The notes beneath the pieces were generated by a model. It made no database searches, was not told the DNA's origin, and saw nothing but the letters and a program-made list of their open reading frames with translations. This document shows, piece by piece, positions 58,927 to 64,000 of a stretch of 64,000 nt of DNA (position 1 is its first letter; each line of letters starts with the position of its first letter). Source of the DNA: Candidatus Limnocylindrales bacterium. GTDB lineage: Bacteria > Patescibacteriota > Microgenomatia > Levybacterales > UBA12049. The stretch lies in the NCBI GenBank assembly GCA_035526025.1, contig DATLDE010000005.1, forward strand, positions 125,690-189,689. Direction: 5' to 3'. Both the position numbers and the translations under genes were made by a program.

Positions 58927-59310
58927 TTATTTTTCTTCGAGAACTGAGATGATGTTTCCTGCCGGGTCCTTGAACCATGCAATAGCAGGACCCAACTCTC
59001 CTCTGGATATTCCTTTTTCATCTGTTTTCAGATGAGAATATTGCTCGAATTTTACACCCTTTAAAGTAAGTTCATCAACTGCCTTATCAACATCTTCTAC
59101 GGAAAAATTGAGTACAGTATAGTTAGCTGGAGAATGTTCATCTCCTTTCGGATATATCATCACGCGGTGTCCTCCGGCCAGACGCAACTCCATGATTCCC
59201 ATATCTTTCATCTCGGATACCTCAATACCCAAAACGGTGCTATAGAATTCTTTTGCTTTCTCAAGATTATCAACTGAATAACTTGAAAATGCTTTTGTGT
59301 CTTTAAACAT
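58927..59310 (-). CDS. VOC-family (glyoxalase/bleomycin-resistance fold) protein
   Basis: Start set at 'MFKDTKAF' (128 aa) to avoid overlap with PBP gene; '[11 protein letters not shown]...[10 protein letters not shown]...[11 protein letters not shown]'. Confidence 0.55.
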   Translation of the reverse strand: MFKDTKAFSSYSVDNLEKAKEFYSTVLGIEVSEMKDMGIMELRLAGGHRVMIYPKGDEHSPANYTVLNFSVEDVDKAVDELTLKGVKFEQYSHLKTDEKGISRGELGPAIAWFKDPAGNIISVLEEK

Positions 59311-59326
59311 ATTATTCACCTCCTTT

Positions 59327-61513
59327 CTAATTCTTTTTAAATCTTCCCCTTCTTTCCTCGCGTCTTCTTTGTATCTCCTCGAGCAATCCCTGCTGATCGC
59401 TTTGTATTCTATCAAGAATTTCCTGAATTTTCTTTTCCTGATCATCTTTTTCTTTTGGCGCATCAGTTGGCTTGATCTCTTCTGTACATTCTTTTGAAAG
59501 CTCAGTTCCTGGTATAAAATATTCTGTATAAGTTGCGCTCGTTGAGGCGTTTTTGGCCTTCAGACCGTTGCTTCGGCATATTAAAAGCTGAATAATGCCA
59601 GATGGCTTCTCAAAATCTTTATTTGGCTTGCCTTCACTGAATTTTTCCATCAAATCGCGCCAAATAGGCGCAGCCCCCAGTGATCCTGCAACCTGATCCA
59701 TTGGGGTATTATCATTATTTCCAACCCATACGCCGACCACCAAATCAGGCGTGTAGCCTATTGTCCAGGCATCTTTGTAACTATCAGTAGTTCCTGTTTT
59801 AACAGCAGCGGTGCGGGTTATATTCAATGCATTCCCAAATTCCTCAGCTCTCGCCTGATTATCTGACAGTATGCTTGAGATTAAGAATGCTACATTTTCA
59901 GACCAGACACGCTTTTTTGTGTCTTCTGAAACGAAAATCGTCTCACCCATTTTATCTTTGATTTCTGTATAAAGCTTGTAATTACTTAACTCGCCTTTAT
60001 TTGCAAAAGATGAATAAGCCTGAACCATTTCAACCAGAGGGAATTCACCAGCTCCCAAAACTAGTGATAATCCGTAATCTGTGGGATTTTTACTGAGTGT
60101 ACTAATTCCAAGTTCGTTAGTTTTTGCTAGTGCTTTTGGAATACCAACTTTTTGCATAACCAACACAGCTGGTATATTAAGAGAATTAGCCAGAGCGCGC
60201 CTTACCAGAACGTTGCCATGAAATTCACCATCATAATTACGAGGAACATACTCTGTACAGGATGGACAATTGGGATCTTTGAACGATGTTTTCTCATCTT
60301 TCAGAACAGTTGCCGGAGAGATATACTTTTCCTCAAGTGCAGATGCATATATAAATGGCTTGAATGAAGAACCAGGCTGCCTAGGTGTTATCGCCATATT
60401 AATTTTTCCATTTTTTTCATCTGCCCAATCAGCTGATCCAACAAGGGATTTTATTTCACCACTTTTTGGGTCCATTATAACAGCAGCCCCATTTGTAACT
60501 TTATTAACTCCCAGTTTCTCCACTTGATTCTTGACGCTTACTTCAGCATATTCCTGAAATGCAGTGTCCAGCGTTGTCTTCACTGTAAAACCTGATCTCA
60601 CTATCTTCTCTTCACCATATTTTTTAAATAGCTCATCTCTTACCATTAGCGCAAAATGAGGAGCTATATTGTTTGTGTCTTCATTGTTGTTTTTGAAAAT
60701 TAATTCTTCATCAATCGCATTTGCATATTCTTCCTCAGTAATCACATTTTCATCCTTCATACTGGCAAGAATAATTTTTTGTATTTTATATGCTTGCTGA
60801 CGATTACCGTTATAGGGCGAGAGCCTACTTGGAGATGGAATAACACTAACTAAAAAACTGGCCTGAGCGATAGATAAATCTTTTGCATTTTTCCCAAAAT
60901 AAGTTTGAGACGCATCTTCAATTCCAAATGAGCCCTCGCCAAAATATATTGAATTTAGGTACATTTCCATTATCTCTTCTTTGGAATACCTGGCTTCAAT
61001 TTGTCCAGCCAATACTGCTTCTTGATATTTGCGAACCAGGCTTTTTTCAGGTGTGAGAAGTACATTTTTGACTAACTGCTGAGTGATTGTTGAACCACCA
61101 TATGAAAAAGATTTATCTTTGAAATCCAGTCCCATGGCTCTGATTATTCCCCGTATCGAAACCCCTCCATGACGATAAAAATCCCTGTCTTCAGAAATTA
61201 TCAGAGCTCTTTCTACATGTCTGGAGATTTGACTAAGCGCTACATATTTTTTCCTTTTACTGTTATAAAAAGCAAAAAATGGATCACCTTTATTGTCAAG
61301 AAGGAGAATGCCCGAATTTCTACTATTAATCAATGAATCCCTATCTTTAATCGTCGAATAAAAATACGCATTCGTTACTCCTGCAAGTAATAGAAATACA
61401 AATAAAGTAATTACAATTCCAAAAAAACAGGCATATAGAATCTTTTTAAAAAAGGGTTTAACACTGAATACGTTTTCATGATTTTTCTTTTTTCTTGGCA
61501 TACTCTGCTGCAA
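59327..61513 (-). CDS. Class A penicillin-binding protein (bifunctional transglycosylase/transpeptidase, PBP1A-like)
   Basis: 728 aa; N-terminal TM; GT51 '[19 protein letters not shown]', '[12 protein letters not shown]'; transpeptidase 'PGSSFKPF' (SxxK), 'KTGTT'. Confidence 0.85.
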   Translation of the reverse strand: MQQSMPRKKKNHENVFSVKPFFKKILYACFFGIVITLFVFLLLAGVTNAYFYSTIKDRDSLINSRNSGILLLDNKGDPFFAFYNSKRKKYVALSQISRHVERALIISEDRDFYRHGGVSIRGIIRAMGLDFKDKSFSYGGSTITQQLVKNVLLTPEKSLVRKYQEAVLAGQIEARYSKEEIMEMYLNSIYFGEGSFGIEDASQTYFGKNAKDLSIAQASFLVSVIPSPSRLSPYNGNRQQAYKIQKIILASMKDENVITEEEYANAIDEELIFKNNNEDTNNIAPHFALMVRDELFKKYGEEKIVRSGFTVKTTLDTAFQEYAEVSVKNQVEKLGVNKVTNGAAVIMDPKSGEIKSLVGSADWADEKNGKINMAITPRQPGSSFKPFIYASALEEKYISPATVLKDEKTSFKDPNCPSCTEYVPRNYDGEFHGNVLVRRALANSLNIPAVLVMQKVGIPKALAKTNELGISTLSKNPTDYGLSLVLGAGEFPLVEMVQAYSSFANKGELSNYKLYTEIKDKMGETIFVSEDTKKRVWSENVAFLISSILSDNQARAEEFGNALNITRTAAVKTGTTDSYKDAWTIGYTPDLVVGVWVGNNDNTPMDQVAGSLGAAPIWRDLMEKFSEGKPNKDFEKPSGIIQLLICRSNGLKAKNASTSATYTEYFIPGTELSKECTEEIKPTDAPKEKDDQEKKIQEILDRIQSDQQGLLEEIQRRREERRGRFKKN

Positions 61514-61533
61514 GGCGGGGATTATTTAAATTA

Positions 61534-61950
61534 CTATTTATTTTCTGATTCTGTTTTTCGTAAAGACTCGCATGCTTCTTTATCATTATCTCCATCAAGA
61601 CGATTGGTGTCTTTCGAAGGACCGCCAGCTTTTGTAAAAAATTTCTGAGCTTGTGGCTGTGTCTCAAAATCATCACAATTATATTCATCAGTATATTTGC
61701 CCCCACTCTCAACGACATTTCCATCTTTATCTCTCAATACCTTTGATTCGCTTAGTGACTTACCGGAAATCAATGAACCCATGTCAAAGTCATTATTGGA
61801 GGCTTCGAGTCCAAATGCACCAAGTAGGAGGGCTAACACTGCAATTAATATACCCTTGATTACATTTTTTGATTTTCCACTTGCTTCGTCTAATTGTTTT
61901 ATTTTAGGAATAGCCATAGTTCTACCAAACTGAATATAATAAATAAGCAA
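61534..61950 (-). CDS. Secreted Excalibur (extracellular Ca-binding) domain protein
   Basis: 138 aa; TM/signal; 'NCDDFETQPQAQKFFTKAGGPSKDTNRLDGDNDKEACESL' Excalibur motif. Confidence 0.6.
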   Translation of the reverse strand: MLIYYIQFGRTMAIPKIKQLDEASGKSKNVIKGILIAVLALLLGAFGLEASNNDFDMGSLISGKSLSESKVLRDKDGNVVESGGKYTDEYNCDDFETQPQAQKFFTKAGGPSKDTNRLDGDNDKEACESLRKTESENK

Positions 61951-62145
61951 CTACTACGATCAGTAGTGCAATCACGATAAGTCTAACCTTTTTATTTCTT
62001 CGCGCTTCTCCTATACTTGCCATAAATATATTATAACATGCAAAACAATTATAATTGCAACTAAATTTGTTAAATAGTATTTTTCTTACAAGATTATGAT
62101 AAATCTCATTTTTGTTTTATAATACTATATTAAATCATTGCGATT

Positions 62146-62973
62146 ATGGGCAAATCATCACTTACAATCATAAAATCAAATAAGGAAGACTCAAGCAAAA
62201 GAAAACAGCTAATTTTATCAATCGCGAAGAAAAGGGCTGAATTAAAAAAATTTATTGTCAAAGTCGAAACGCTCCGGGTAAATCTTCAAATTGCACAAAC
62301 GGAATATATGGCAAAAATAGGAAGCCTTTTCCTAAAAGACAATCATCTTGATTTAGAAATAATTAGATTTCAAAACATCCTATCACTTATGATAGAAGGT
62401 CTTTCATATGATCAAGCAGCAGAAAAAGTTGCAAAAACTTATTATTCCCAGCAAATAGAAATTGAAAACGAGAAGCGGAGAATTGAGTTTGAAAAAGAGA
62501 TTTATGAAAAAAGAAAAATACAGAGTCCTGAGTTGAATAAAGATATTAAAAAATTATGGAGAAGGTTAATTTCCCAATTCCATCCTGATCTAGTACAGGA
62601 CTTAAAAGAAAAATTAAGAAGAGATAAAATCATGAAACAAATTAATAGGGCTTATCATGAAGGGGACTACGATCAATTATTTAAAATCGATAATGAAGTA
62701 TTAATAAATCAGGAAAATACTATAGATAACCTTGAAATTATACTTGTTTCAATTACAAATGATATTGATCAACAGACTGAAACATATAAATCTTTAAAGA
62801 ATTCAGAATGGTATTCATGGATGGAAAAAATTAACTATGCCAAGAAAAAATCTTTAAATATATTTGCAGAAACAGAAAAGAAATTATTAAATGATATTTT
62901 ATTAAAAATTAATACACTCAAGTCGCTCAAAGAACAGGTCCGGGAATTTCAGAGAAATTATACTGATATTTAA
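62146..62973 (+). CDS. J-domain-like protein (HPD motif) with coiled-coil regions
   Basis: 275 aa; 'LWRRLISQFHPDLVQD...IMKQINRAYHEGD' J-domain pattern. Confidence 0.4.
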   Translation: MGKSSLTIIKSNKEDSSKRKQLILSIAKKRAELKKFIVKVETLRVNLQIAQTEYMAKIGSLFLKDNHLDLEIIRFQNILSLMIEGLSYDQAAEKVAKTYYSQQIEIENEKRRIEFEKEIYEKRKIQSPELNKDIKKLWRRLISQFHPDLVQDLKEKLRRDKIMKQINRAYHEGDYDQLFKIDNEVLINQENTIDNLEIILVSITNDIDQQTETYKSLKNSEWYSWMEKINYAKKKSLNIFAETEKKLLNDILLKINTLKSLKEQVREFQRNYTDI

Positions 62974-62985
62974 ACCCAACTATTT

Positions 62986-63059
62986 TGGCTACCGAGCAGG
63001 GATTCGAACCCCAATAAACAGATCCAGAATCTGTTGTCCTACCGTTAGACGACTCGGTA
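62986..63059 (-). tRNA. tRNA-Gln: tRNA-Gln (anticodon CUG), 74 nt with encoded CCA
   Basis: Hand-folded reverse complement: acceptor UACCGAG/CUCGGUA (U1:A72), G73, D-stem GUCU/GGAC, anticodon stem ACAGA/UCUGU, loop UUCUGGA (CUG), T-loop UUCGAAU, 3' CCA. Confidence 0.8.
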
Positions 63060-63106
63060 AAGTTAACCTATTTTACTAAAGCTTGAACAAAAAAGCTATT
63101 TTTTTG

Positions 63107-63141
63107 ACTTTAATAATCAAATTATGGTATAATACCTATAG
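63107..63141 (+). promoter_or_regulatory. Sigma70-like promoter TTGACT-N18-TATAAT upstream of the MazG-like gene
   Basis: 'ttgactttaataatcaaattatggtataat'; about 150-nt leader with hairpin 'gcagat-tgaaatacgt-atctgc' before the CDS. Confidence 0.45.
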
Positions 63142-63256
63142 TTAAATTGCAGATTGAAATACGTATCTGCTTATGTAAAAGATCTTAGATCGATAAAGAC
63201 AAAGATAACCACAAATACTTCATAATTGTATCTTTTCTCCGTTTCAGAGCACTTTT

Positions 63257-63637
63257 TTGTATTTAAGCAGTTATTTTATTTCAATTAACAATATGAATAC
63301 AAAAATAATTAATAAAAAACAGGAGTCGCCATTTGGTAAGTATTTCAATATGCTTGGCGAGATAGACAAAGATCTTAAAAATTCCAAAGAGTTCGGATCT
63401 ATACTTATTCTATCGCTCGTTGAGGAGATTGGGGAAATGTCGCGTGCTTATCTTGCCAAACACGGACGAAAAAGAAATAATGTTGCAGCGCAAAATGATG
63501 AAACATATGAGCAAGAACTTGGTGATATTCTGGTCACAATCATAAGATTTGCAAAAATCAAAAATATAAATCTCGATGAGAGGATTATGTATACGCTTGG
63601 AAAAATTAAACGCCGCAAAAACTCTCCAAAGCTCTGA
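63257..63637 (+). CDS. MazG-like nucleotide pyrophosphohydrolase
   Basis: 126 aa; 'SLVEEIGEMSRAY...ELGDILVTIIRFA' EExxE and E..D motifs; ATG at 63293 (MNTK) may be the true start. Confidence 0.6.
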   Translation: MYLSSYFISINNMNTKIINKKQESPFGKYFNMLGEIDKDLKNSKEFGSILILSLVEEIGEMSRAYLAKHGRKRNNVAAQNDETYEQELGDILVTIIRFAKIKNINLDERIMYTLGKIKRRKNSPKL

Positions 63638-64000
63638 TCAGATCAATTTTTTTCTAAATGTGTAGAGTAAAATAAACGCCAGAAAGCTCATTCCGCTACC
63701 ATAAAAAAATGTTGCTGAAGGATTTATCTTACTCCACAATAATCCACCAATTGTCGAAGCAAGAAGGGTTCCCGCAGCTGTAAGCGCATAATATGCCCCG
63801 AAATATGTTCCCGACTCTTTTTTTTCAATAAACTCTGATAAATATGCCTTTGAAACTCCATCTGTAGCTGCAATATAAATTCCGTAAATAGGGAAAAGCA
63901 CCCATAACCAGTTCGAGTTACGTATTAATCCGAAAGCCAAATATACTATTGAAAAAATTATCAGTCCTAAAAGATAAACTTTCTTTGCACCCAGTTTATC
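63638..64000 (-). CDS. MFS transporter, 3' portion (gene continues past window end)
   Basis: TM-rich C-terminal segment; reading frame stays open to the window edge. Confidence 0.5.
   Translation of the reverse strand, partial: DKLGAKKVYLLGLIIFSIVYLAFGLIRNSNWLWVLFPIYGIYIAATDGVSKAYLSEFIEKKESGTYFGAYYALTAAGTLLASTIGGLLWSKINPSATFFYGSGMSFLAFILLYTFRKKLI

Noticed and set aside
59311-59463. N-terminal 51-aa extension of ORF 58927..59463 (K/R-rich) overlapping the PBP gene 3' end
   Set aside because: Extension is the reverse-frame read-through of the PBP C-terminal region. The glyoxalase-fold domain begins at MFKDT (59310).

Overview
The window is about 35% GC and looks chromosomal from a small-genome, low-GC bacterium; its gene content resembles Candidate Phyla Radiation/Patescibacteria, but that is inference. 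Apart from two high-GC genes, coding density is high and codon usage is AT-rich. From start to end it holds five blocks.
(1) A type IV secretion/conjugation-like locus. It has a VirB4-family ATPase translationally coupled to two membrane proteins, a VirB2-like pilin candidate, a VirD4/TraG-type coupling protein, a replication-relaxation-like protein and a DUF2958 protein. No relaxase or integrase is visible.
(2) A repeated cassette module embedded in the T4SS locus, which is the main finding. A conserved promoter, a (CT)n tract, an RBS and a 54-codon N-terminal module occur four times: two full copies and two decayed remnants. In the two full copies the low-GC N-terminal module continues in-frame into long, mutually different, roughly 65% GC beta-helix/pectate-lyase-like ORFs of 763 and 692 aa. 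tatC, tatA and a small ORF with a Tat-like signal lie between the copies.
(3) A defence-like accessory region. It includes a 943-aa PHP-phosphoesterase/SMC-like ABC ATPase fusion next to an XRE HTH and six small unknown ORFs. It also has a nitroreductase-like and PaaK-like adenylating enzyme operon, a membrane-anchored Hint/intein-like protein, a GH114 hydrolase and an ArsR-like regulator with palindromic repeats. A tight cluster follows: a PD-(D/E)XK nuclease (DUF2779-like), a stand-alone reverse transcriptase, a DUF262-HNH (GmrSD-like) protein and an NPPF N6-adenine methyltransferase.
(4) Housekeeping genes: msrA, an EamA transporter, a PfkB kinase, a GT4 glycosyltransferase, cutA, lon, a sortase, cca, recJ, greA, hydrolases, coaX, truB, a class A PBP and others.
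(5) A tRNA-Gln(CUG), a MazG-like gene and the 3' part of an MFS transporter gene at the window edge.
No rRNA, CRISPR array, transposase or integrase was seen.
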